A DNA stretch of 61,614 nucleotides, from contig CANQPZ010000002.1 in the NCBI GenBank assembly GCA_947625895.1, positions 1 through 61,614 of the forward strand, given 5' to 3'. Positions 1-8,990 of the stretch are shown here, piece by piece. The notes beneath the pieces were generated by a model. The model did not search any database and was not told the DNA's origin. It worked only from the letters and a program-made list of their open reading frames with translations. This stretch comes from an uncultured Clostridia bacterium (GTDB lineage: Bacteria; Bacillota; Clostridia; TANB77; CAG-508). Numbering within the stretch: the first letter of the stretch is position 1; every line of letters begins with the position of its first letter. The position numbers and the translations under genes are program-made.

Positions 1-324
1 AGAAGTCAAGCCCTCAGGTGCCGAAGATACTTGCGAGTTACCTTGCTGGGAAAATAGGTTGTTGCCAGTTTTTTTATGTTTATTTTTCGTTTTATATATA
101 GAAAAAAATCAGAGAACGAATAATAATATTTGTTTTGTGATTTTTTTTGCTTTAAATCTATAAAATACGATTAAATCAATATTTACAGCATTTTTAACTT
201 ATATTATAAAAACTTAAAAATCTTCTAAATTAGCAAGCTGTAATCAATATTTAATATTGAAAATATTGATTATTAAATTTGTTTAATATATTATACAAGT
301 ATGAAATTTTATAAGGAGATCAGT

Positions 325-1371
325 ATGTCAATTGAGCTTGATTTTGTAAAACAACTTACAACAACTAAAGAAACAAAAGAAGAAGCCGATTATATTAATA
401 AAATAACAATTAAAGAAAAATATAAATTATTAATAAATTCACCTTTTATTTTTAGTAAAAATCGTAGAGAATATGAAAAACTTGAAGATAAAATAAAACT
501 AACTTTTTCATATTTATGCTTACTAAAAATACTAGAAGATTATAGTGATGATTATGAATACGATAAAAAAGATATAAGAGATAAAGCTAGACAAATTTTT
601 GAGAGTGCAGAATCATATAAAGAAGTTTTAAGAGAAAAAAACAAAAGTAAATGTGAATATATAAATCCATATCAAAATTTATTGTTGGGAAACTCATCAA
701 CAAAGGTTGATATAATTCGTGGATATGAAAGACAAATAAAAGTTATCAATAAAATTTTAGAGCTTGAAATACCTAAAAAAGACATAGACCCCAAACAGAT
801 AATTGAATCATATGCTACATTTTTATTGCAAAAAATGTCTTTTGAGATACTAATGGATCCAATTCAAAAAAGAAAAATAGATGAAGAAATATTACTTAAT
901 TTTAATCCAAATCAAGAAAACCTTTATGTAAAAGAAGGAATAAATGATCTTTCTTATATAGAAGATTTAGATGAAAATATTTATAAAATGACAAATAAAT
1001 TTAATGACATAATAATGTTTCAAAAAATTGGTACATTAGCATATGGATTTTCATTTAAAGATACTTTTACACTTCAAAATTATAGAGTTAAAAAGATTTA
1101 TGTGAGTCTTGCAAACGAAAATGAAGAGCCAGCAGAAAAAGAATTTAATATATTTACATGTCTAGACATTTCAAAATTAACAAGTGACCAGGACTTTACA
1201 GCACTACATGCTGATATATTATTTTCAGACTTAAATCTTGAGATAGCTACTAAATGTAATGCAAGTTATATTGGAGAAATTGTTAAAAATAATAATGGTA
1301 AATATGATGTATATCATTATCAAGATAAACTTTGTGCATGCAAAGAATACAAAAAACTTTTAAGAATTTAA
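325..1371 (+). CDS. hypothetical protein, paralog A of a tandem pair (no family recognised)
   Basis: Long ORF (track 301..1371). AAGGAG at 313-318 lies 6 nt before ATG 325, so 325 is preferred over 301. Shares motifs with the next ORF: NFNPNQENLYV vs GFNPNQEKLFV, and C-terminal YIGEIV..GKYDVYHYQDKLCA vs YVGNIA..GEYTVKHDRDKVCL. Confidence 0.7.
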   Translation: MSIELDFVKQLTTTKETKEEADYINKITIKEKYKLLINSPFIFSKNRREYEKLEDKIKLTFSYLCLLKILEDYSDDYEYDKKDIRDKARQIFESAESYKEVLREKNKSKCEYINPYQNLLLGNSSTKVDIIRGYERQIKVINKILELEIPKKDIDPKQIIESYATFLLQKMSFEILMDPIQKRKIDEEILLNFNPNQENLYVKEGINDLSYIEDLDENIYKMTNKFNDIIMFQKIGTLAYGFSFKDTFTLQNYRVKKIYVSLANENEEPAEKEFNIFTCLDISKLTSDQDFTALHADILFSDLNLEIATKCNASYIGEIVKNNNGKYDVYHYQDKLCACKEYKKLLRI

Positions 1372-1390
1372 ATTTAGAAAGGAACAAAAA

Positions 1391-2632
1391 ATGAATTTAA
1401 AAATTAATTATATTGATTCTTTAATTAAAAATGGGTTAGGTAATGTAAAAACAGAACATTTATTATCAATTAGAAAACTAGATGAAAGATATAAAGTACT
1501 AGTTGATTCACTAGGAACAAAGCTTACTGGAACAAGTCCATTAGAGAAATTGGAAAATACGGTAAGACTTAAATTAGCATACTTAAGTATGAGATCAATT
1601 TTATTAGATAGTCTTGGAGAAAACGCTGATGCAGATAAAGTGGTTGAAAAATCTATAATAAAAGACATAGCAAAACAAGAAGAGTATGAAGCAAAAGAAA
1701 AAGCAGAAATAATTAGATCAAGAGTAGACCATAGTGCATATAAAGATTTAAAAGTTCAAAGACAAACACCAATGGAAACAATAAAATCAAATTATTTTCA
1801 ACAGTTAAAAACATTAGAAGAAGAATTGGATAATATGATAAATGATCAAAATTATGATAAAGAGGCTATTTCAGACTTACAATCATTATTTGAATTAATA
1901 AGTGAATCATATACTATGCTTTCAGACCCATTATATAAATTAAAAGTTGATGAAAAAGATTTTATGGGATTCAACCCAAACCAAGAAAAATTATTTGTTC
2001 CTGGTAACTTTGCAGATATAAGTTATGTACCAGCACTAAAGACAAAAGTGGATAAAAATGGAGAAGAACAAATTACAGTTTTATCATTTGATAATTTCCA
2101 AGGGGATACTACACAAGTAGTAAAAACAGGCGAATTAGGATTTGGAAGATTCAGACAAAGAAGTGGAAAAGTTACATATAGAGACTCTGATTTTTTAGAT
2201 GAATATTTAGTTATGAAATATTATGCTGACCCTAAATTAAGAGCTGAACGTAAGAAATTAACACAGCAAGAAGGAGCATTAACTCAGTGGGATGAAACAG
2301 GGGATAGGGAAATGTTTAGAATTTCTACAAATATAAATTATAACTTATTAAATAGTCCTGATGTTGATCCTGAATACGTAAAATACTATGTAAATGCACT
2401 ATTATCTACATATAATATGGAAGAAGCAATAAAACACAATGGAGGATATGTAGGAAACATTGCATTAACAAGAGACGGAGAATATACAGTTAAGCATGAC
2501 AGAGATAAAGTTTGTTTAGCACGAGAAATAAGCGAAGCTAGAAGAAAGAACTTAATACAAAATAGACCTTCTTTAGTAAGAATAGACAGAAGAAGAAAAG
2601 ATGAGTTTGATTTTGAAGGAGGAGATAGATAA
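1391..2632 (+). CDS. hypothetical protein, paralog B of the tandem pair
   Basis: 413-aa ORF starting 19 nt after the previous stop. Shares motifs with the 325..1371 product. Its stop (2630-2632) directly abuts the next ATG. Confidence 0.7.
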   Translation: MNLKINYIDSLIKNGLGNVKTEHLLSIRKLDERYKVLVDSLGTKLTGTSPLEKLENTVRLKLAYLSMRSILLDSLGENADADKVVEKSIIKDIAKQEEYEAKEKAEIIRSRVDHSAYKDLKVQRQTPMETIKSNYFQQLKTLEEELDNMINDQNYDKEAISDLQSLFELISESYTMLSDPLYKLKVDEKDFMGFNPNQEKLFVPGNFADISYVPALKTKVDKNGEEQITVLSFDNFQGDTTQVVKTGELGFGRFRQRSGKVTYRDSDFLDEYLVMKYYADPKLRAERKKLTQQEGALTQWDETGDREMFRISTNINYNLLNSPDVDPEYVKYYVNALLSTYNMEEAIKHNGGYVGNIALTRDGEYTVKHDRDKVCLAREISEARRKNLIQNRPSLVRIDRRRKDEFDFEGGDR

Positions 2633-3196
2633 ATGTCCAAAACAATGTGGAAACCTGGAACATTTGTATATCCTATACCAGCAGTAATGGTATCTTGTGG
2701 AGATATGAAAAACTCAAATATTATTACTGTTGCGTGGACAGGAATATTAAATAGTAATCCAGCAAAAGTATATATATCAGTAAAACCAACAAGGTTTTCA
2801 CATAAGATAATTTCTGAGAAAAAAGAGTTCGTTATAAACTTAACTACAAGGCAATTAGCTTATGCAACAGATTGGTGTGGAGTAAAAACAGGAGCAAAAG
2901 TAGATAAGTTTAAAGTAATGCATTTAACTAAAGAAAAATGTAATTTTGTTAAAGCACCAGCAATCAAAGAATCACCTGTTTCAATTGAATGCAAAGTAGA
3001 AAAAATAATAAAAATGGGTTCACATGATATGTTTGTGGCAAATGTTTTATCAATTGATGCGGATGAAAAATATATTGATTCTAAGGGTGCTTTTGACATA
3101 AGTAAATGCGATTTAATAGCCTATGCAAATGGCGGATATTATTGCTTAGGTAAAAAAATTGGAAAATTTGGATATTCAGTGAAAAAAAAGAAGTAA
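2633..3196 (+). CDS. flavin reductase-like (FMN-binding split-barrel) domain protein
   Basis: The N-terminal pattern MWKPGTFVYPIPAVMVSCGD...NIITVAWTG...NPAKVYISVKPTR is typical of the flavin reductase domain family. GGAGGAG lies upstream, and the ATG abuts the upstream stop codon. Confidence 0.65.
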   Translation: MSKTMWKPGTFVYPIPAVMVSCGDMKNSNIITVAWTGILNSNPAKVYISVKPTRFSHKIISEKKEFVINLTTRQLAYATDWCGVKTGAKVDKFKVMHLTKEKCNFVKAPAIKESPVSIECKVEKIIKMGSHDMFVANVLSIDADEKYIDSKGAFDISKCDLIAYANGGYYCLGKKIGKFGYSVKKKK

Positions 3197-3212
3197 AAAA
3201 ATGCTGAAAATA

Positions 3213-3241
3213 TTGACAATATACATGTTTTGTGATAAAGT
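3213..3241 (+). promoter_or_regulatory. candidate sigma-A promoter for rpmG-secE-nusG
   Basis: TTGACA (3213-3218), a 17-nt spacer, then TAAAGT (3236-3241) preceded by TGa (extended -10). Lies about 80 nt upstream of rpmG. Confidence 0.35.
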
Positions 3242-3321
3242 ATAACAGCATGATTTATTTCATGCTCACATCGTTAATTATAAATAAAAAACTTCACAAA
3301 AATTAAACGGAGGTGTAGTAG

Positions 3322-3486
3322 ATGGCTGCAAAAGGACCTAGAGAATCTATAACATTAGAATGTACAGAATGTAAAAGAAGAAATTACATAACAGAAAAAA
3401 ACAAGAGAAATAATACTGATAGATTAGAAATTGTTAAATATTGCAAATTCTGCAAAAAACGTACAACACACAAAGAAACAAAATAA
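3322..3486 (+). CDS. rpmG: 50S ribosomal protein L33
   Basis: Not in the ORF track (54 aa). I translated [54 protein letters not shown]. It has two CxxC pairs, GGAGGTG upstream, and the canonical position before secE-nusG. Confidence 0.9.
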   Translation: MAAKGPRESITLECTECKRRNYITEKNKRNNTDRLEIVKYCKFCKKRTTHKETK

Positions 3487-3506
3487 TCCTTTAAGGAGGA
3501 ACCAAA

Positions 3507-3857
3507 ATGGCTAAAGAAACAAAAAATAAAGCAAATAATTCAAAGAAAGAAAAGAAAGAAAAAAGTACTTTCTTTAGAGATTTTAAGGCAGAACTAAAAA
3601 AAGTTACATGGCCTACTCCAAAGCAACTTGCAACTAAAACATCAATAGTTATTGCCATTGTAATTTTAATATCAGTTATTGTTTTCGTACTTGATACTGT
3701 ATTTGATAAAGGTTATGAATTTATTGTAACAGAATCAACAAAAAATAACCAACAAGAAAATGTTATAAATGTAGATGAATCTGAAATTAATACAGAGGAA
3801 GCACCTAGTGAATCTACTGAAGATACAACAGTAGATGCGGGAACAACAGCAGAATAA
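3507..3857 (+). CDS. secE: preprotein translocase subunit SecE with an acidic C-terminal extension
   Basis: FFRDFKAELKKVTWPTPKQL followed by a single TM helix is the SecE signature. Lies between rpmG and nusG. It carries about 45 extra acidic/Thr-rich C-terminal residues. Confidence 0.85.
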   Translation: MAKETKNKANNSKKEKKEKSTFFRDFKAELKKVTWPTPKQLATKTSIVIAIVILISVIVFVLDTVFDKGYEFIVTESTKNNQQENVINVDESEINTEEAPSESTEDTTVDAGTTAE

Positions 3858-3888
3858 TCTGTCGAATAATTTAAAAGGAGGCTAAGAA

Positions 3889-4425
3889 ATGTCACAAGCT
3901 GATACAAGCCTAGAACCAAAATGGTATGTAGTTCATACATATTCTGGATATGAGAACAAAGTAAAAACAGACTTGGAAAAGACAATAAAAAATAGAGAAT
4001 TAGAAGATTTCTTCTTTAATATCGTAGTTCCAATGGAAGAACAAGTTGAAATTAAAGAAGGTAAAAGAAAAACAAACTTGAAAAAAGTTTTCCCAGGATA
4101 TGTTTTAGTTAAGATGATTGTAACAGAAGAATCTTGGTATATAGTTAGAAATACAAGAGGAGTGACAGGATTTGTTGGCTCAGGAACAGATCCAATTCCA
4201 CTTACAGATGAAGAAATTAGAAATATGGGATTTGATGATGTTCCAGTTAATATAGACTATGAAGTTAATGACAATGTAAGAGTAATGAATGGACCATTAG
4301 AGAATTTTATTGGTGTAGTACAAGAAATAAATACAGAAAAGCATAAAGTAAAAGTTTTAGTTTCTATGTTTGGAAGAGAAACACCAGTAGAACTAGAATT
4401 TTCACAAGTGCAAAAAATTGATTAA
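3889..4425 (+). CDS. nusG: transcription termination/antitermination factor NusG
   Basis: KWYVVHTYSGYENKV...VFPGYVLVKM...RNTRGVTGFVG plus a KOW-like C-terminus. Synteny is conserved. Confidence 0.93.
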   Translation: MSQADTSLEPKWYVVHTYSGYENKVKTDLEKTIKNRELEDFFFNIVVPMEEQVEIKEGKRKTNLKKVFPGYVLVKMIVTEESWYIVRNTRGVTGFVGSGTDPIPLTDEEIRNMGFDDVPVNIDYEVNDNVRVMNGPLENFIGVVQEINTEKHKVKVLVSMFGRETPVELEFSQVQKID

Positions 4426-4455
4426 TAAGAGTATTTGATAAGGAGGTGCCCTTCA

Positions 4456-4884
4456 GTGGCAGAGAAAGAAGTAGTTAATGTAATTAAATTACAAATTGAA
4501 GCTGGTAAAGCAACACCAGCTCCACCAGTTGGACCAGCATTAGGATCTAGCGGTGTTAATATTATGCAATTCGTTAAAGAATTCAATGATAGAACAGCAA
4601 ATCAACCTGGAATGATAATCCCAGTTGTTATTTCTGTTTACAAAGATAAATCTTTTGATTTTATAACAAAAGTTCCACCAGTTGCTGTTTTAATAAAGAA
4701 AGCTTTAAAAATCCAAAAAGGATCAGGAAAGCCAAATACAACTAAAGTTGCAAACATAACAAAAGAACAAGTAAAAGCAATTGCAGAACAAAAAATGGAA
4801 GACTTAAATGCAGCTTCATTAGAAGCAGCTATGAGTATGGTTGAAGGTACAGCAAGATCTATGGGAATTGTTGTAGTAGACTAA
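4456..4884 (+). CDS. rplK: 50S ribosomal protein L11
   Basis: [22 protein letters not shown] is the L11 signature. AGGAGG at 4441-4446 favours the in-frame GTG at 4456 over the track start 4435. Confidence 0.92.
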   Translation: MAEKEVVNVIKLQIEAGKATPAPPVGPALGSSGVNIMQFVKEFNDRTANQPGMIIPVVISVYKDKSFDFITKVPPVAVLIKKALKIQKGSGKPNTTKVANITKEQVKAIAEQKMEDLNAASLEAAMSMVEGTARSMGIVVVD

Positions 4885-4988
4885 TTATATGATTTAACAT
4901 AAGTTTAACTTATATTAAATAAATGCTTATAAAGCAAAAAAATATTGGGAGAGTACTAAAATACTCGATTGTACCAAAGGAGGATTTT

Positions 4989-5672
4989 ATGAAAAGAGGA
5001 AAAAGATATCAAGAATCTGCTAAATTAGTAGATAGCACAAAAGTGTATGATGCAAAAGAGGCTTTAGAAATTATTGAAAAAATGCCAAAGCCAAAATTTG
5101 ATGAAACAATTGAACTTCATGTAAAATTAGGTGTTGATTCAAAACATGCTGATCAACAAGTTAGAGGAACAGTTGTATTACCTAATGGAACTGGTAAAAC
5201 TCAAAAAGTTTTAGTATTTGCTAAAGGTGATAAAGCTAAAGAAGCTGAAGAAGCTGGAGCTGATTATGTTGGAGCAGAAGAATTAATACCAAAAATTGAA
5301 AAAGAAAATTGGTTTGATTATGACGTTATAGTTGCAACACCAGATATGATGGGTGTTATTGGTAGATTAGGAAAGGTCTTAGGACCTAAAGGATTAATGC
5401 CAAACCCAAAATCAGGAACAGTTACAATGGACGTTAAAAAAGCAATTTCAGAAATCAAATCTGGTAAAGTTGAATACAGATTAGATAAAACAAATATCAT
5501 ACATTTAGGATTTGGAAAAGTTTCTTTTGGAGCTGAAAAATTATTAGAAAACTATAAAACAATAATTGAAGCTATAGAAAAAGCTAAACCAGCAGCTGCA
5601 AAAGGACAATACATTAAAAGCGTATCAATTTCTACAACAATGGGACCTGGCTTATATGTAAATGAAAAATAG
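4989..5672 (+). CDS. rplA: 50S ribosomal protein L1
   Basis: [15 protein letters not shown]... is a typical L1 sequence. AAGGAGG lies just upstream of ATG 4989. The track start 4923 is an in-frame upstream extension. Confidence 0.92.
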   Translation: MKRGKRYQESAKLVDSTKVYDAKEALEIIEKMPKPKFDETIELHVKLGVDSKHADQQVRGTVVLPNGTGKTQKVLVFAKGDKAKEAEEAGADYVGAEELIPKIEKENWFDYDVIVATPDMMGVIGRLGKVLGPKGLMPNPKSGTVTMDVKKAISEIKSGKVEYRLDKTNIIHLGFGKVSFGAEKLLENYKTIIEAIEKAKPAAAKGQYIKSVSISTTMGPGLYVNEK

Positions 5673-5679
5673 AAAAATA

Positions 5680-5790
5680 TTAACCTAAGACAGTAGGCAA
5701 AAAAAGAAGTCCTACCGAGGTAAAAAAATGTGAAGTGTTATATAGATAAACTTCAATTTGCCTCGGTTGGCGAATTGAAGTTTTTTAATT
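5680..5790 (+). promoter_or_regulatory. ribosomal protein L10 (rplJ) leader with attenuator terminator
   Basis: A structured 150-nt gap lies between rplA and rplJ. CCTACCGAGG (5711-5720) can pair with CCTCGG (5761-5766). The alternative is the hairpin CTTCAATT(5751-5758)/AATTGAAG(5773-5780) followed by T6. This is the position and architecture of the Firmicute L10 leader. Confidence 0.55.
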
Positions 5791-5820
5791 TTTTAATTTT
5801 AATAAATAGGAGGTGTAATT

Positions 5821-6327
5821 TTGGCTAGCGAAGTTATTTTAAAACAAAAAGAAGAACAAGTAAAAAAATTAGCTGAAGAAATGCAAAAATCATCTTTAAT
5901 CCTTTTCACAGAGTACAGAGGAATTAATGTAACTGATGATACAACATTAAGAAAAAACATAAGAAATGCTAATGGTAAATACAGTGTAATTAAAAACAAT
6001 ATTACAAGAAGAGCTTTAGCAGAAGCTAAAATAGAAGGACTAGATGAAGAAATACTTACTGGACCTACAGCTGTTATCACAGTTGAAGGATCATACCTAG
6101 ATGCATTAAAAGCAATTTATAACTTTTCAAAAGATAATGAATTTTATCAAATCAAAGCAGGTGTGTTAGATGGAAAAGCAGTTTCTAAAGAAGAATTAAT
6201 TACACTTGCAAAACTTCCATCAAGAGAAGTACTTATTGCAAAACTTGCTGGATGCTTACTTGGAAACATTTCAAAACTTGCTGTTGCACTTGACCAAGTA
6301 GCAAAACAAAAAGAATCAGCAGAATAA
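5821..6327 (+). CDS. rplJ: 50S ribosomal protein L10
   Basis: L10-like sequence with a TTG start 7 nt after AGGAGGTG. Lies between rplA and rplL. Confidence 0.9.
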   Translation: MASEVILKQKEEQVKKLAEEMQKSSLILFTEYRGINVTDDTTLRKNIRNANGKYSVIKNNITRRALAEAKIEGLDEEILTGPTAVITVEGSYLDALKAIYNFSKDNEFYQIKAGVLDGKAVSKEELITLAKLPSREVLIAKLAGCLLGNISKLAVALDQVAKQKESAE

Positions 6328-6381
6328 TAAAATTAGAGTTGTGAACTTAATTCACTAAAAAAATATTAGGAGGATTTTATA

Positions 6382-6753
6382 ATGGAAAAAATAGAAAAAT
6401 TATTAGAAGAAATTGATAGCTTAACAGTTATCGAATTATCAGAATTAGTAAAAGGAATTGAAGAAAAATACGGAGTATCTGCAGCAGCAGTTGCAGCACC
6501 AGCAGCAGGAGCTGACGCAGGAGCTGGAGCAGCTGAAGAAAAATCAAGCTTCAACGTTGTATTAAAAGAAGCTGGAGCTAACAAAATTGCTGTAATCAAA
6601 ATCGTTAGAGATATTACAGGATTAGGATTAAAAGAAGCTAAAGACCTAGTTGAAGGTGCACCAAAAACAGTTAAAGAAGGAGCCAATAAAGACGAAGCTG
6701 AAGAAATGAAAGCTAAATTTGTTGAAGCTGGAGCTGTTGTTGAATTACAATAA
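6382..6753 (+). CDS. rplL: 50S ribosomal protein L7/L12
   Basis: Ala-rich hinge ([21 protein letters not shown]) and C-terminal [28 protein letters not shown]. Confidence 0.95.
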   Translation: MEKIEKLLEEIDSLTVIELSELVKGIEEKYGVSAAAVAAPAAGADAGAGAAEEKSSFNVVLKEAGANKIAVIKIVRDITGLGLKEAKDLVEGAPKTVKEGANKDEAEEMKAKFVEAGAVVELQ

Positions 6754-6774
6754 TTATTTATTAAAATAGAAAAA

Positions 6775-6806
6775 ATGCATGTCTATCAAAGACATGTATT
6801 TTTTTT
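6775..6806 (+). terminator. rho-independent terminator after rplL
   Basis: Stem CATGTCT/AGACATG (with flanking AT pairs) followed by T8. Confidence 0.7.
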
Positions 6807-6926
6807 ATGCATTTAATTATTTAATATAAGGCTAGAAAATATTATGTAAACATGTTATAATAAAAATATGCACAAGAGCATCTTATAAAAACCATTTTCT
6901 GTCACTTTAATAAGGGAGGGAATTCA

Positions 6927-8756
6927 ATGAAAAAACAGAAAAAAACATCAAATAATCTAATACGGGAGGTGATAAATCTTTTAGTTAAATTCTTCAAATC
7001 TTACGGACTTTCACATGAAATGATAAATATTCCTAAGAATTTAAAATTTATGGGATATAAAGTAGGTCTTATGAGTCTGGGAATCACTGTTGTTACTCTA
7101 ATATTCTCTTTTATGCTTAAGGCAACAAATACTCTTATAGAGTATAGGTTTATTTTACTGGGAATTATACTTTTTATGCTCTATCGTGGACAAGAAATTG
7201 TCAGGCAATCGTTCATTCTTTTTGAACAATCTGAAGGCGAGAAGTTTAGCTTGATCTTTGATGACGAGATAGTCTTTAGAGGTAGCCAGATAATAGGGAA
7301 AACTGCAAATCGTGTTTTAAAGTATGATGAACAAAACCAATTATACATGTTAATGTCAAATGAGTCTGTACTAAATACAATCAAAAACTACTTGAAGAAT
7401 TTTTGGCAACTGAAAGTACAACACATATTTGATCTTTGCGAAATGATTAGTATCATCATTATGTTAGTAGCTGCCATCATAACGAACACAAGCATAAAGC
7501 AAATTATTTTCATACCTATGATTTTTGCATTTGTAGCAATCTCTTTCTTCAGTTCGGCGTATATAAGTATGAATAGAGAAGTGTTTTACAAGATGCACAA
7601 AAAATTTAATAATGAGCAATCAATAATTGTTAATGATCTACTTCGAGTGCCTGCAATAGTAAATGCTGATTTGGAAATGAGAATAAATAAGTTCCAAAAG
7701 ACTGTGATAGAAAGCAATAAAAACGTTGTGAACTTTCATAAAAAATTGAATATATCACGGTTAGTGGTTACTATTATCGAAACATTTAGTCAGTATGGCA
7801 TAATAATAGTTTACCTACTCGGAGTTGAATGGAACAGTATTGATTTAGCAACCATAACTCAAATCACAGCTACACTTCTTATCGTTGAGACCGCATTAAG
7901 TCAAATTAGATCGATTGTGACTGTTTTGGAACGTCATAATGACAGATTAGTTACAATTGAATCAGAAGAAAAGGATTTGTCATTAATTTTAAATGTATAT
8001 AATACAGAATCTAAAAAGACTTCAACAGCTAAAAGAGTTGATGAGATAGAAATAAAGCCTTTTTCGATTCGGTATTTAGAAGAGTCAGAAAATGATAGAC
8101 CTTTCTCTTTAATATCAAACAAAATAATAAAAATTAGATCCGGTGAAATTGCTATTTTATATGGTCCATCGGGCAGCGGTAAATCAACATTCATGAAAAT
8201 GCTGACAGAAAGAATTAGACTAGAGAAAAGTACAGACATTCCAGCAACATCTAGATTCTTATTCTATGATGAAAAGTTACGATTTGGTAGTCTATGCATA
8301 TTCGAAGAATTATTCTGCTGCGAAGAAAATCCAGACCTGGCAAAAATGCAAAATATCCTAGAAAACATGCATTTATGGCATGAAATAAAGGCAAACTGCA
8401 TTGATGTCTGGAAATGGATGAAAGAAAAACAGTATGAGTCGTTATCGAATGGTCAGAAGCAGAGGTTAATAATAGCAAAAATGTTGTATTGGTTGGATGA
8501 CAACATTGATGTTATGGTCTTAGACGAATGCACTTCTGGATTAGATGACAAATCAGAACTGAGCGATGTAGCAGACGCAGAAAAAATTCTGGAATACATT
8601 GTAAGATTTGCTAATTCTGACAGAAAGCGAATAGTAATCATTTCGACACACCAAAACATTGACGGATTTAAGCAAAGAATAGCAAAAGAGTGTACAGCGA
8701 TTAGAAATCTGCAATTCGTGAAGGAAGGAGAATTGAACATAGTTAAAGAGATTTAA
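6927..8756 (+). CDS. orphan ABC half-transporter (N-terminal multi-TM domain fused to an ABC ATPase)
   Basis: Walker A GPSGSGKST, signature LSNGQKQR, Walker B VMVLDECTSGLDD and H-loop ISTHQ in the C-terminal third. The N-terminal ~330 aa contain several hydrophobic helices. Codon choice (CTG, CGG, TCG used) and GC are visibly higher than in the neighbours. Confidence 0.8.
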   Translation: MKKQKKTSNNLIREVINLLVKFFKSYGLSHEMINIPKNLKFMGYKVGLMSLGITVVTLIFSFMLKATNTLIEYRFILLGIILFMLYRGQEIVRQSFILFEQSEGEKFSLIFDDEIVFRGSQIIGKTANRVLKYDEQNQLYMLMSNESVLNTIKNYLKNFWQLKVQHIFDLCEMISIIIMLVAAIITNTSIKQIIFIPMIFAFVAISFFSSAYISMNREVFYKMHKKFNNEQSIIVNDLLRVPAIVNADLEMRINKFQKTVIESNKNVVNFHKKLNISRLVVTIIETFSQYGIIIVYLLGVEWNSIDLATITQITATLLIVETALSQIRSIVTVLERHNDRLVTIESEEKDLSLILNVYNTESKKTSTAKRVDEIEIKPFSIRYLEESENDRPFSLISNKIIKIRSGEIAILYGPSGSGKSTFMKMLTERIRLEKSTDIPATSRFLFYDEKLRFGSLCIFEELFCCEENPDLAKMQNILENMHLWHEIKANCIDVWKWMKEKQYESLSNGQKQRLIIAKMLYWLDDNIDVMVLDECTSGLDDKSELSDVADAEKILEYIVRFANSDRKRIVIISTHQNIDGFKQRIAKECTAIRNLQFVKEGELNIVKEI

Positions 8757-8817
8757 TCATTTTTTAGATTTTTGGAGGAAGATGCAATTAAGCATTTTGG
8801 ACAATTGAATACTGTTT

Positions 8818-8856
8818 AAGAATAGGAGGTTGTAATGCAACCTCTTATTCTTTTTA
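8818..8856 (+). terminator. rho-independent terminator after the ABC gene
   Basis: AAGAATAGGAGGTTG / CAACCTCTTATTCTT form a 15-bp stem (one G-U pair) followed by a T-run. Confidence 0.7.
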
Positions 8857-8990
8857 TAATTTAAAATAAAGATTTCTAGATATAAAAAATAAAAATATAT
8901 TGCCAAAAAAAATTATTATAGATATAATTATAATAGTTTTACAATCAAAACTTATGCATATTATAATTAATAAGTATTCGGGAGGGAATT

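Noticed and set aside
325-2632. J-domain-like signature (LSDPLYKLKVDE / LMDPIQKRKIDEE resembling the AYEVLSDPEKRxxYD end of DnaJ J-domains) in the paralog pair.
   Set aside because: There is no HPD tripeptide. The helix-II-like and helix-III-like segments are more than 100 residues apart, which is incompatible with a 70-aa J-domain. The resemblance is treated as coincidental.
4435-4455. N-terminal extensions in the track for rplK (4435), rplA (4923), tetR (50686), ABC ATPase (54312), AraC (30673), cobB (37023), TerB-like (40153), ylbJ (14953) and the membrane protein (59753).
   Set aside because: In each case an internal start has a better-placed SD and gives the conserved family N-terminus. 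The extensions overlap SDs, operators or upstream genes.
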